Shown: piece by piece, positions 52,266-64,000 of the stretch | Position numbering within the stretch: the stretch's first letter is position 1 | How the letters are laid out: every line of letters begins with the position of its first letter | DNA from: the human T2T-CHM13v2.0 reference genome, Homo sapiens | Assembly (NCBI RefSeq): GCF_009914755.1 | Contig: NC_060929.1 | Length of the DNA: 64,000 bases | Reading direction: 5' to 3' (one strand) | The notes under the pieces: generated by a model | The model's input: the letters and a program-made list of their open reading frames with translations, nothing else | The model's database searches: none | What the model was told of the DNA's origin: nothing | Program-made: the position numbers and the translations under genes

Positions 52266-53649
52266 GCTTAGTGCAAACTTTAAGCCTACTACATTCATTT
52301 TCAAACCATGTGTAGACACAGTTGTCCATCCAGTTTGGGGAACAACTATAATTCAGGATCACTTAGACTCCTTTTCTATCAGCCAAGGCATTGGAACAAA
52401 GCTGTTAAAATCCCTTCACCTCACTAGATTATAAGGACAAGATAATTGTGGAGCTTGGCCATATAGGTGATATAGGTTAAAGATGAAAGCCCCATCTAAG
52501 GTTAGATGTTAAAGAAGCCTCAAAATCTTTTAAAGATTCCTCTACTCAAGAAAGCATTTTACTTGGTCCTTCTCTTGGCAAGCCTAACCAAATAAAATAT
52601 TGTTGGCAGAAAAACAAATTATACAGTTCATTGCTCAAAGCAATGCAACAAAATCAATTGTATGGATGGCCTTTGTTTGTTTTAAAGTCATATTGAAATT
52701 TTTATTGTAATAGCTCAGAGGTCAATCCCAGATCCAAATCATTTCAGAGTTGTGCTAAAGTAGATCTGGAAGTGCATGTATGCAGTTATTTTAATGTGTG
52801 TGTGGTGTATGTGTGTGTGTAGAGCTGTGAATTCTGAGTATACAATGAGTGTCAACATTATAGTGAATAAGAAAAGCAATTCCAAGGATAGTATTCTTCA
52901 CAGTTACAATCTACAAACTAAAGAGTTTTCAGAGTTAGTGTGAACCGAGAGATGGGGAAGAATTGACTTTTTGAAATACCATATTTGGGATGTTTAGAAA
53001 TTCTATAGGAAGCCCAGTGGAAATTCTGTCTTTGAGGGTAATCTGTGCTTATGTGATACAGTCATGCTCTGGGATTCTTCTGTGTCTTAGAGCTTAGGAA
53101 ATGGTGGTAAACCCCAGCATTTATCATGATAGCATATTCATCTAATTTGATGACTTTTATTTTAAAAATTTAGAGTTTTGATTTAGGTTAGCTTGTCACA
53201 TTGACAATAACTAAAAGCCAGCTCAGTCTTTCTCAAGGAAAAAAAATGTTAAAGTAATGCCATTATATCTCATAAAATGCACAGAAGAGAAAAACTATCA
53301 AGGAGTTAGATGCATATGATACAGACAATGTAGAATTATTGGTGGATCACATAGGTATTGATTTTATTGTTGCACATCCATTCAACCACTTCTATAAACA
53401 GAACATCCATTAAATGACAGATCTGTGAAAACCAACTTTTTTTTCCTTATCCCAAACTTGTTCTGATGATATCAACACTACCATTATCTCCAAGAAGGTC
53501 ACGTGGCCCATTCTGAAACCACTCAGCATACTTTATTCTTTGCTACCAGTGATTTGTTCAAGGATGGAATTGTGGTCCATGTTTTAACAATTATAACCAT
53601 CAAAACTCACTCACTTCTGAGAGTTCTTTCTAAACTGTTAGGAAAGTGG

Positions 53650-55535
53650 ACTCTATCAGGATAGAGTAGACCATGGTGTATGTTGGCAAGGGGTATCTGC
53701 CCATTGCAGGCACTCAAGGTCTCAGGCTGATAGAGGCTCAATATTGACACAGGCTTCCATGACCACTGAGCAAGGGAAGAGAGAATTTGGCACAGGCTTC
53801 CATGACCACTGAGCAAGGGAAGAGAGAATTTGGCAAACTGTAAACACCCCTTTCTCTCTAAGTTTATTGGCCAAAAGAAATCATGAGGCCATGCTTGAGT
53901 TCAAATTATCAGAGAAGGATAATTCTATCATGAGCCAGAATGTTATTAAACATTTGTGAGTAGCCCAAATGATTCTCATGGTCTGTTCCTATATTCATAA
54001 TATTCTGTTTGCTTTTTCTTATTTGAAAAATATATTCACCACCTTCCCACCCAAGGGTCAACTCCAAAATCCCATCTAAATATGGCTTTAAGCCTAAAGT
54101 TTGAAATTTCTGTTCTCATCTTTATCTGGTCTGCTTGATACAGAGACTCAAACTAACGAAGAAACACACGCTCAATATGTAATAGTGAAAAGGAAATAGG
54201 ATCTCTATGATAAATACTTTTATACAGAGAGGTGAATAATGGAGCCACATGGAAAACATTGACCTTGAATACTTCAGAAATAATACACATTGTGAGGCAC
54301 TTTACTCTGGGGGTTTTGGAAGTTTCTTTGGTTAGGTTCTAATTCTGATCATTCTTCAGTCTTTATCTTCCTTGGCTCTTGGCTGTAACTTTTGGGGAAA
54401 ACTTCCTTTTCTAGCATCTGACATCATTAGATCTGAAGAGAGCAAGTTGAATATGGATGCCTACCTTGCAGACTAACACTGCTTCTGCCCAACAGAACTT
54501 TGGAAACACAAAGTCATTTTCAATCTCAAACAGCCACAGCCTATTTCTTCTTGTGGCAATTCACCGCTTTCAAAATTTAGTGAGTTTCATAGGTATCTGA
54601 GTCTGGTTTTCACTTGTGCCATAGCCACACCTACAAGTCTTTTGGAGACATGAGTCTCTTTCTATTTAATTGTGAGGATGGTGAGTCTCTCTGCCCCCAT
54701 GGATCAGCTTAGTCTCTTATCCCGTTACTCGCTTTATCCTGGGCCATTTTTATCCAACTGAAAGGATTTACTGGATACCACTTTAATGGTAAAGGGAAAG
54801 TTGGCTTTACTTTCTACTAAATCCTTGCTTCAAGTGTGAGTTCTAATTGAATTTATAACGCAGAGCCCCTCTCAGTGTTATCTTTTACCCATTAGAAATA
54901 AGAGTCAACAGGCCTCTTCCAACCTTGAAATTTCCTGTATTTCTAAACACTCTCCTGTCCCTTTTATTCATGCTTGCAGAGTGGCCAACAATTTCCTGAG
55001 TGTAACTATTGCTCACAGTTTTCGTATTGGAGGCCAACAAAAATAAGCAAACACACTAATAACATTCTATTTTCTAATATTTTCACCTAGAATTCAAAAT
55101 CATTAGGCACATTATATATCTGCAAAGTGACTGTAGACAATTTTGCTAAATCTTTCACCACTTCATAGGTGAATCACGATTTTTCCACTTCAAACATTTT
55201 TCTCACCACTTTCCAGCAGGCCCTGAAGTCAATGCCACATATATTAGCTTTTCTGTTTCATAACATCTCATTTCAGTGCCTATTTTTATAGTAGTCAGGA
55301 CAGGCTCCATTATGCCACTGTAATAATCAACCCCTAAATATTTACAAATTAAAGCACGAATGCTTATTTTTTCACCCATTCTGCATGCTCATGATGGGTG
55401 AGCAAAGAGGGTCTGCACATTGTAGGCTATCAGGGGCCAGGCTGATGAAGGCTCTCACTTGACAGATGCCTTAGGTGCTTACATAGGCTGGGAAAACACA
55501 ATGTCAAAAATCATACACTAGTTCTTAAAGCACTG
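53650..55535 (-). mobile_element. Ancient MLT1(J-like) element: LTR (~53650-53980), internal region (~53980-55285), LTR (~55286-55535)
   Basis: The two ends are homologous (TCTGCCCATTGCAGGCACTCAAGGTCTCAGGCTGATAGAGGCTC vs TCTGCACATTGTAGGCTATCAGGGGCCAGGCTGATGAAGGCTC); MaLR internal boundary AGTCAATGCCACATAT. Confidence 0.65.
53748..53833. repeat. Perfect 43-bp tandem duplication
   Basis: CACAGGCTTCCATGACCACTGAGCAAGGGAAGAGAGAATTTGG twice. Confidence 0.98.
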
Positions 55536-56070
55536 TTTCTTTCTCTCTCTTTTTCTATCTCCACTTGAATTTAGCATTTGGGCTTCTGAAAGGTCTGTGG
55601 GTAATTTGAGATCATTAGTTTGTCCAAGATGATCCAATTAAGTGGAAGGTATACCTGAACTTGAAAGATAACAAAACAGTTCAGATTACATTATTGTATA
55701 TGAGTCCTGATTTTGTTGTGCCTAAAGCCAGATGACTCCTGGGGATTTCATTATGTTAAGTTACTGGCATATTCAACTGAAATCTTACCAAATAGGAGAA
55801 GGCAAAGTGCAGCCGGGTTTCAGGCACAGCTACAACTTGGCATTCGAAGTTCCTGCACGTTCTGTCTTTGCGTCTCTTTATGTATCAACCTCATTTTTTC
55901 TATTGCTAGAAGCTAACCTTCTCCTCAAGGTATAAAGAGTGTTTTCCATAAATGCTTGATTTTTAATATCGAAGCTCAGTCCATAGTGTAAAACTTCCTT
56001 TTCTCTTTTAGATCCATGTACCAAAATCCTAGGGAAAGAATCGTTCATTAGCTGAAATTAAGAAAGTGCC

Positions 56071-56688
<618 letters not shown>

Positions 56689-56928
56689 CCGAACTATTTC
56701 TTAGAGAGCTAACCAGTATGACTAGATCTTGAGATGAAACCTCTGACCCCCTTAAAACAATAAATAATTAACAGGGGCTAAGGATGAGGTTTGACATGGC
56801 TGTTCCTATGGAAATCACATGGATCAGTAAGCTTGAGGTCACAATTCACAGGAGATGGCAGCTCCTGGATAAACAATTTGAAGACTGCCCAACAGGTGGC
56901 TTTCCTATCAAATATTAAAGTAATATCA

Positions 56929-57221
56929 GGCTGGGTACAGTGGCTCACACCTGTAATTCCGGCACTTTGGGAGTTCGAGGCAGGCAGATAACACGAGGCC
57001 AGGAGTTTGAGACCAGCCTGGCCAACATGGCAAAACCCTGTTCTCTAATAAAAATACAAAAATTAGCAAGGCTGGTGGTGCCTGGCCCCCAGCTACTCGG
57101 GAGGCTGAGGCAAGGAGGATCATTTGAACTCAGGACGGGGAGGTTGCAGTTAGTCGAGACTGAGCCACTGTACTCAAGCCCGGACAAGGGCAAGATCTCG
57201 TCTCCTAAATAAATAAATAAA
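56929..57221 (+). mobile_element. AluJ-like
   Basis: Diverged dimer, GGAGGATCATTTGAAC, (TAAA)n tail; TSD TAAAGTAATATCA. Confidence 0.9.
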
Positions 57222-57650
57222 TAAAGTAATATCAAATGAAACAAATAACTTTAAATCTAATCAAATATTCAAGTCATCCTTATTTCTACAATTTTGTTAA
57301 AATTCTAAAATTATAAGATATTTTGTATCTTAGCAACCTTGTCTGAAGAAGCTGTTATTTTATACTTGTTGATGGGCCATTTAATAATAGATAGATTTCT
57401 GTTCACGTAAAGGAAAACACACAACTATTTATACTGAATTTTGTGATCAATGAATAAAAATTGCATATAAATTTTATTAATATTAAAAGTATTTATTAAA
57501 TGTCTACAATATACTTGCAACTATTCTAAATATCAAAAATGTATATTGTATATCCTACCTAACAAATAAAACTTTAGAAGTAAATTTTATTTAAACATTT
57601 TATCATTGGATATAATCATAGTTAAATAAAGTCTGTTAAACAATTTAAAC

Positions 57651-58147
57651 TGTATTTGATGTATTTATGACGGCTATAACAAATTTCCACAACCCAATGA
57701 AACAACACAAATGTATTCTCTTACAGTTTTGACTGTAAGTCTGACATAGGTTTCCTTGAACTAAAATCAAGGTGTTAGCAATGCTATGTTCCTTTCTGGA
57801 GGATATCAGGGAGAATCTGTTTCTTTGCAATTTTCCAGCTTATGAGAGGATACTCATATTTCTTGGCCCATGGCCATCTTCAGAACCAGCAACATTGAAT
57901 CTTTCTGATCCTTCTTATAAAGTCATATATTCCTCTGAGTGCTGCAGAAAAATGTTCTCTAATCTGAAGGACTCATGTTTAGTTTGAGCCCTCCTGGATA
58001 ATCAAGCATATTCTTTGATCTAGAGTCCTTTCCTTAATCACATCTGCAGAGTCCCTTTTGCCATGTAACATACCATATTCACAGGTTATGAGGACTTGGA
58101 AGTGAATATTTGAAGGGGGAATGAGAGAATTATTCTGCCTACCATGA
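57651..58147 (-). mobile_element. MLT1D LTR
   Basis: CTAAAATCAAGGTGTTAGCA..CACATCTGCAGAGTCCCTTTTGCCATGTAAC..TTATTCTGCCTACCA. Confidence 0.85.
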
Positions 58148-59038
58148 TGTACCCGATTCATTTGGATGCTTCAAACACCTTAAAAAGTAGACAAAACCAC
58201 ACAAATACAAGCATGACAAAATGTTCTATACTCACACAAATTTATTCTAAAAATAACACCAGTGTTTTAAGAAGTTTGTCTTTATTTTAAACTAGTTTTA
58301 TGCCATCTTAAAATAATGAGAGGCTTAGCTCAAGATCTTTTTAGGGTATCAGAAAAATTACTATGAAACCTTTTGGTAAGTTCAGTAATTCTACTAAGAA
58401 AGAGAATTCTTTCTTAGACTAGCTAAGGTAACAGAATCTGAGTCACTGATCAATTGATTCTTGATCAGGGCTCAGGATTTAACTGACTTCTTCCAAGGTG
58501 ATTCAAATTAAAGTCACTGGCACTGAGGCCAACCTTGCCCTTTTTATAGATAAATTGCACTTGTTACATCAATAAGACTTTTTCTTTAAGGTCCGTGCTT
58601 CTAGAATAGATTTAAGTTTTCTCCAGTTGGGATCTCCTGCCAAAGTGATAGATTTTTAAAGCACTGCTTAGTTCGCGTTACATAACTCATTGTTCTGTCA
58701 GTTTGACATATTGACCTGTTCTCTTAGAATTCTTTAAAAGTTGATGCATTCCTTTTTAACATAGTATTACAATTAGCAGGGCCATCTAGAGGTTTTATCT
58801 CCTAGAAAATAAGGAATTGAGTCTATGCAGTTAAATATGTTTTTTTGAGAAATATGCCTAATTTGTTATCCAGGGACATTGATAATTATATACAAACTTA
58901 TTCTTCCTTCTGATACAATAGAGTTCTCAGATTTCAAGGACTATTATTTGTGAACTTACTACTCTCTGTGTTTATTCTTTACTGTTTATCTGGATATAAA
59001 TATACACTATAGGCAGATTCCTAATGAATACTATAAAC

Positions 59039-59346
<308 letters not shown>

Positions 59347-60595
59347 TAAAACATGCATGTACACACATACAAATATATACATATGCATTTTATCTATCTA
59401 TATACCTCTACTTAGGAAAAATAAATTCAAAACAAGGAGTACTATTTAAAATATTTAACAACTAGAAGAGTTCAAAAGCCAATTCATCAAAACAGATGCC
59501 ACCTCATAAAGGATGGATACTAGCCATAAACATCCACTGGTACATCCACAACAATGAATGCCTATTGAATATTAAGCTTTTTTACACTCTATATTTTCTC
59601 ATTTTCAAGAACATGTGACCCTTAACAAACTAAAATTATTTTAATAAATCATAATAGCTTTGATTGTTGTTGTTACTGTCATTATTTTTACTGATATTGT
59701 CCTCAGATTTCTTAATAAATGCAAACCCCTTAAGTTAGCTCCTTTTTTCCTTCCAGCACTCATCTCTCAAGGAATTCTGACTCCTCGTATTAGAGAAGAT
59801 TGTTGGATGCCCAAATCAAGGGGTAAAATGCATGAGGGTTGGTAGTGGTTAAAATTGTCTCTTTAATTGGACCACTTGTGGAAGAGCTGTCAGAGATTTT
59901 AAAGTTACTGGTTATTACAAGCATTCCAATGTATTTGTTGGTGTGTGATCCCCCTCTTTAAAAAAAATTAGTGTTTATACTTTAAAACTTTCTACTACAA
60001 AAACACCTCAAAATATATTAACATCCAAACACCTTTTCCTAGTTCTTAGAGAAGTTCTATGTTCTTTGTTCTTATCTTTCTAACTTTTCAATGGTGCACA
60101 AGTCCTTTAAACTTGAGAAATCTGATGGTTTTAACATATATTTATGAAACCACATTAACAACACTAATGATATTTAGTAGTCAATTTGGTTAGCTAATTG
60201 GGAGAGACACCATAAAAATGACGTAAACTGTGCTGAATGTCTATCGACACTGATAGACAAGTCATGACATTTATGATCAATGGAATTGTGAAAAGACCTA
60301 CTTAGGCTAAATAATCATTTTTTCCTGTTTTTAAAAGCCATGAAGAGAAAATTAGGTGAATAGTGATTAGGAGCTTAAAAGCTTAACAAATGGCACCATT
60401 TAGATTTAAAATGCATAATCCTATTTCAAAGTTCATCTATTTAGACTCTGTATTTTCTCAAATTTTAAAAAGCACCTGCAGCACCCTGGAAATACATATT
60501 TAATACTATACCATTATGGCCGGTCATTGAGAACAACATTTTGAAAATGTATTCTCTAAAGCAATGAGGTCTTCTGAAGAATCTACTAATTGAAG

Positions 60596-62855
60596 TATAT
60601 TAGTCCATTTTTATGCTGCTGATAAAGATATACCCAAGACTGGGAAGAAAAAGAGGTTTAATTGGACTTACAGTTCCACATGGCTGGGGAGGCCTCAGAA
60701 TCATGGTGGGAGGCAAAAGGCACTTCTTACATGTTAATAGCAAGAGAAAATGAGAAGGATGCAAAAGCAGAAACCCCTGATAAAACCATCAGATCTCATG
60801 AGACTTATTCACTATCATGGAACAGTATGGGGGAAACTGCCCCCATGATTCAAATTGTCTCCCACTAGGTCCCTCCCACAACACATTGGAATTATGGGAG
60901 TACAATTCAAGATGAGATTTGGGTGGGAACACAGAGCCAAACCATATCATTCCACCCCTGGCCCCTCCAAATTCCATGTCCTAACATTTCAAAACCAATC
61001 ATGCACCCGAAAGTCTTAACTCATTTCAGCATTAATCCAAAAGTCCACAGTCCAAAGTCTCACCTGACACAAGACAAGTCCCTTCCACCTATGAGCCTGT
61101 AAAATCAAAAGCAAGCTAGTTACTTCCTAGATACAATGGAGGTACAGATATTGGGTAAATACACCCATTCCAAAGAGGAGAAATTGGCCAACACAGGGGT
61201 TACAGGGCCCAAGCAAGTCCAAAATCCAGAGGAGCAGTAAAATCTTAAAGCTCCGAAATGATCTCCTTTGACTCCAGGCCTCACATCCAGGTCATGCTGA
61301 CGCAAGGGGTGGGTTCCCATGGTCTTGGGCAGCTCCATCCCTGTGGCTTTGCAGGGTACAGCCCCCGTCTTGGCTGCTTTCACAGGGTGGCGTTGAGTGT
61401 CTGCAGCTTTTCCAGGTGCACAGTGCAAGCTGTCAGTGGATCTACCATTCTAGGGTCTGGAGGACCGTGGCCCCCTTCTCACAGCTCCACTATGGCGGTG
61501 CCCCAGTAGGGACTGTGTGTGGGGACTCTGGCCCCACATTTCCCTTCCACACTGCCCTAAATAGAGGTTCTCCATGAGGGCCCCGCCCCTGCAGCAAACT
61601 TTTTGCCTGGGTATCCAGGAGTTTCCATACATCTTCTGAAATCTAGGTGGAGATTCCCAAACCTCAATTCCTGACTTCTGTGTACCCACAGGCTCAACAC
61701 CAAGTGGAAGCTGCCAAGGCTTGGGGCTTCCACCCTCTGAAGGAACAGCCCAAGCTGTACTTTCGCCCCTTTTAGTCATGGCTAGAGTGGCTGGGACACA
61801 GAGCCTCATGCCCCTAGACTGCACACAGCATGGGGACTTTGGGCCGGCCCACCGTTTTTTCCTAGATCTCCAGGCCTATGATGAGAGGGGTGCTGTGAAG
61901 ACCTCTGACATGCCCTGGTGACATTTTCCCCATTGTCTTGGGAATTAACATTTGGCTCCTCATTACTTATGCATATTTCTGCAGCAGCTTGAATTTCTCC
62001 TCAGAAAAAGGGTTTTTCTTTTCTGTCATATTGTCAAGCTGCGAATTCTCCAAACTTTGGTGCTCTGCTTCCCTTATAAAACTGAATGCCTTTCACAGCA
62101 CCCAAGTCACATCTTGAATGCCTTGCTGCTTAGAAATTTCTTCTACCAGATACCCTAAATCATCTCTCTCAAGTTCAGAGTTCCACAGATCTCTGCGGCA
62201 GGGGCAAAATGCTGCCAGTCTCTTTGCTAAAACGTAACAAGAGTCACCTTTGCTCCAGTTCCCAACAAATTCCTCATCTCCATCTGAGACAACCTCAGCC
62301 TGGAACTTATTGTCCATATGACTATCAGCCTTTTGGGCAAAGCCTTTCAACAAATCTCTAGGAAGTTTCAAACTTTCCACCTTATCTTCTTCTGAGCCCT
62401 CCAAACTGTTCCAACCTCTGCCTGTTACCCAGTTCCAAAGTCGAGTCCATAGTTTTGGGTATCTTTTCAGCAGCACCCAACTCTGCTGGAACCACTTTAC
62501 TGTATTAGTCCATTTTCATGCTGCTGATAAAGACATACTCAACACTGAGAAGAAAAAGAGGTTTAGTTGGACTTACAGTTCCACATGGCTGGGGAGGCCT
62601 CAGAATCATGGTGGGAGGCGAAAGGCACTTCTTACATGGCGGCAGCAACAGAAAATGAGAAGTATGCAAAAGTGGAAACCCCTGATAAAACCATCAAATC
62701 TTGTGAGAATTATTCACTACCACGAGAACAGTATGAAGGAAATTGCCCCCATTATTCAAATTATCTCCCACCAGGTCCCTCGCACAACATGTGGGAATTA
62801 TGGGAGTGCAATTCAAGATGAGATTTGGGTTGGGAAACAGAGCTGAACCATATCA
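60596..62855 (-). mobile_element. Full-length THE1A-like MaLR: LTR 60596-60949, internal 60950-62500, LTR 62501-62855
   Basis: Two ~355-bp LTRs, THE1-int sequence, perfect TSD TGAAG (60591-60595 / 62856-62860). Confidence 0.95.
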
Positions 62856-63099
62856 TGAAGAAAATAGTATTTTATTTTATAATACTTCTCCTCTGTTGGC
62901 AATATGAGTAAGTGGCTATTAAAAATAGTAGGCACACTAATTGTTCTATATTTAGGAGAGTTTAGTCTCTCCAATTTGGCCTCGAATTTTTAAAATAATT
63001 TTCCCATCTATTCATTCAATAAAAATGTATCTATAATTTATTGTTCTACATTCTGGGAATAAAATGATGAAGAAAGCATGTACCTTTTTCCTGAAATTC

Positions 63100-63437
63100 T
63101 ATTTTATCTTTTCCTAGCCATACCTAGCCTCTTCCTTACAGATATTTCTTACTAAGATTTTAGAATCCTGCTCAGGAATTATATTCTCTAGACACCTTTT
63201 ATTGATCTCCCAAGACTAGAAAATATCCTTCCCGTGTGCTTTCATGATACTGTATTTAGCTTTTTGTAGTATTTTCATCCTGGATGGTCATTGGCTGTGT
63301 TCTTCTCTGAATTCCCAGTACATCCTGCCCCCCTTTAGTGACCTATATGCAATTGCTGTATCATTCACCATGGTGTTCACACTCCCTAAATCCTAAAACA
63401 ATCAGATCTCCATCAATAGTTATTGGTTGAATTAATG
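63100..63437 (+). mobile_element. L2 3' end
   Basis: CCTGCTCAGGAATTATATTCTCTAG..; TCAATAGTTATTGGTTGAATTAAT. Confidence 0.55.
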
Positions 63438-63839
63438 CCAGTTAATGTGGGTGGTGTTCCTATTTCCCAAACTTTTATTCTTTAATGAATCAGTACTATA
63501 GTCATAAGTACGGCAGAAGTTTAATCATAGCACTGTGGTAGGCACAGAATGTAAAGAGAGCACAAAGGGGAGCCAGAGAACTGGCTCTTGGTGAGCCATG
63601 GTCATTTCAAGTGGGAAGTGATAGCTATACCATCTACATGTAGAGGGCTAAATATATTTACGGGGAAACTTGATCAGTGCTTCCCGAGGGCTTGAGTTTC
63701 TTGGTACCTTACCAAAACTATAAATAGATTTTTCCTGTCCCAATCTGAAAGACAGGTGAGAGCAGAAAGCCTCTCCATTTCAAGTTAATCAATGTTTTAC
63801 TGTAAATTGAACAAACAAGTAGACAAATAACCCACACCA

Positions 63840-63960
63840 AGGGCTAAGTGAATGAAAGACAGGAGCTTATCGACTGTCACAGCTGTCAAAGTGCCCCAAT
63901 TTCACACTCTGGGACTCTTCCTATTATGGAATGGAAAAGATACCAACTTGGTATCATTTC
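63840..63960. promoter_or_regulatory. Candidate enhancer: cluster of cardiac/muscle transcription factor motifs
   Basis: TAAGTG, CTTATC, CTGTCA x2, CAGCTG, TCACAC, CArG CCTATTATGG and GGAATG within ~90 bp of non-repeat DNA; motif evidence only. Confidence 0.35.
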
Positions 63961-64000
63961 AGGAGAAATGCAGGCTGAAATGAACCTGGTTTTCATAACT

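Noticed and set aside
60662-62846. Multiple ORFs of 60-127 aa
   Set aside because: Frameshifted THE1 LTR and internal remnants.

Overview
AT-rich, gene-poor primate genomic DNA, almost certainly human: it contains an AluYb-lineage element, and that lineage is human-specific. I find no credible protein-coding gene. The ORF track is explained by repeats, microsatellites and chance. The window is mostly interspersed repeats: old L1M, L2, MIR, MLT1 and LTR16C; DNA transposon relics (Tigger4a, MER5, MER20); THE1/MST/MER11 LTRs; a two-LTR THE1A element; about 10 Alus; and several L1PA 3' ends. The most notable content is a set of atypical L1-mediated insertions, each read from its target-site duplication (TSD). 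These are an L1PA2 with a ~0.9 kb 3' transduction nested in an older L1, a 7SL pseudogene split by an L1, a tailless tRNA-Pro 5'-half retrocopy, a 49-bp orphan polyadenylated insert and a twin-primed L1. Also present are a ~1 kb complex (TA)n tract, closely spaced inverted Alus, small local duplications and a compact cardiac/muscle-type enhancer motif cluster near the right end. I cannot support a wholly new biological system. Repeat subfamily calls come from recalled consensus sequences, and boundaries of old repeats are approximate.
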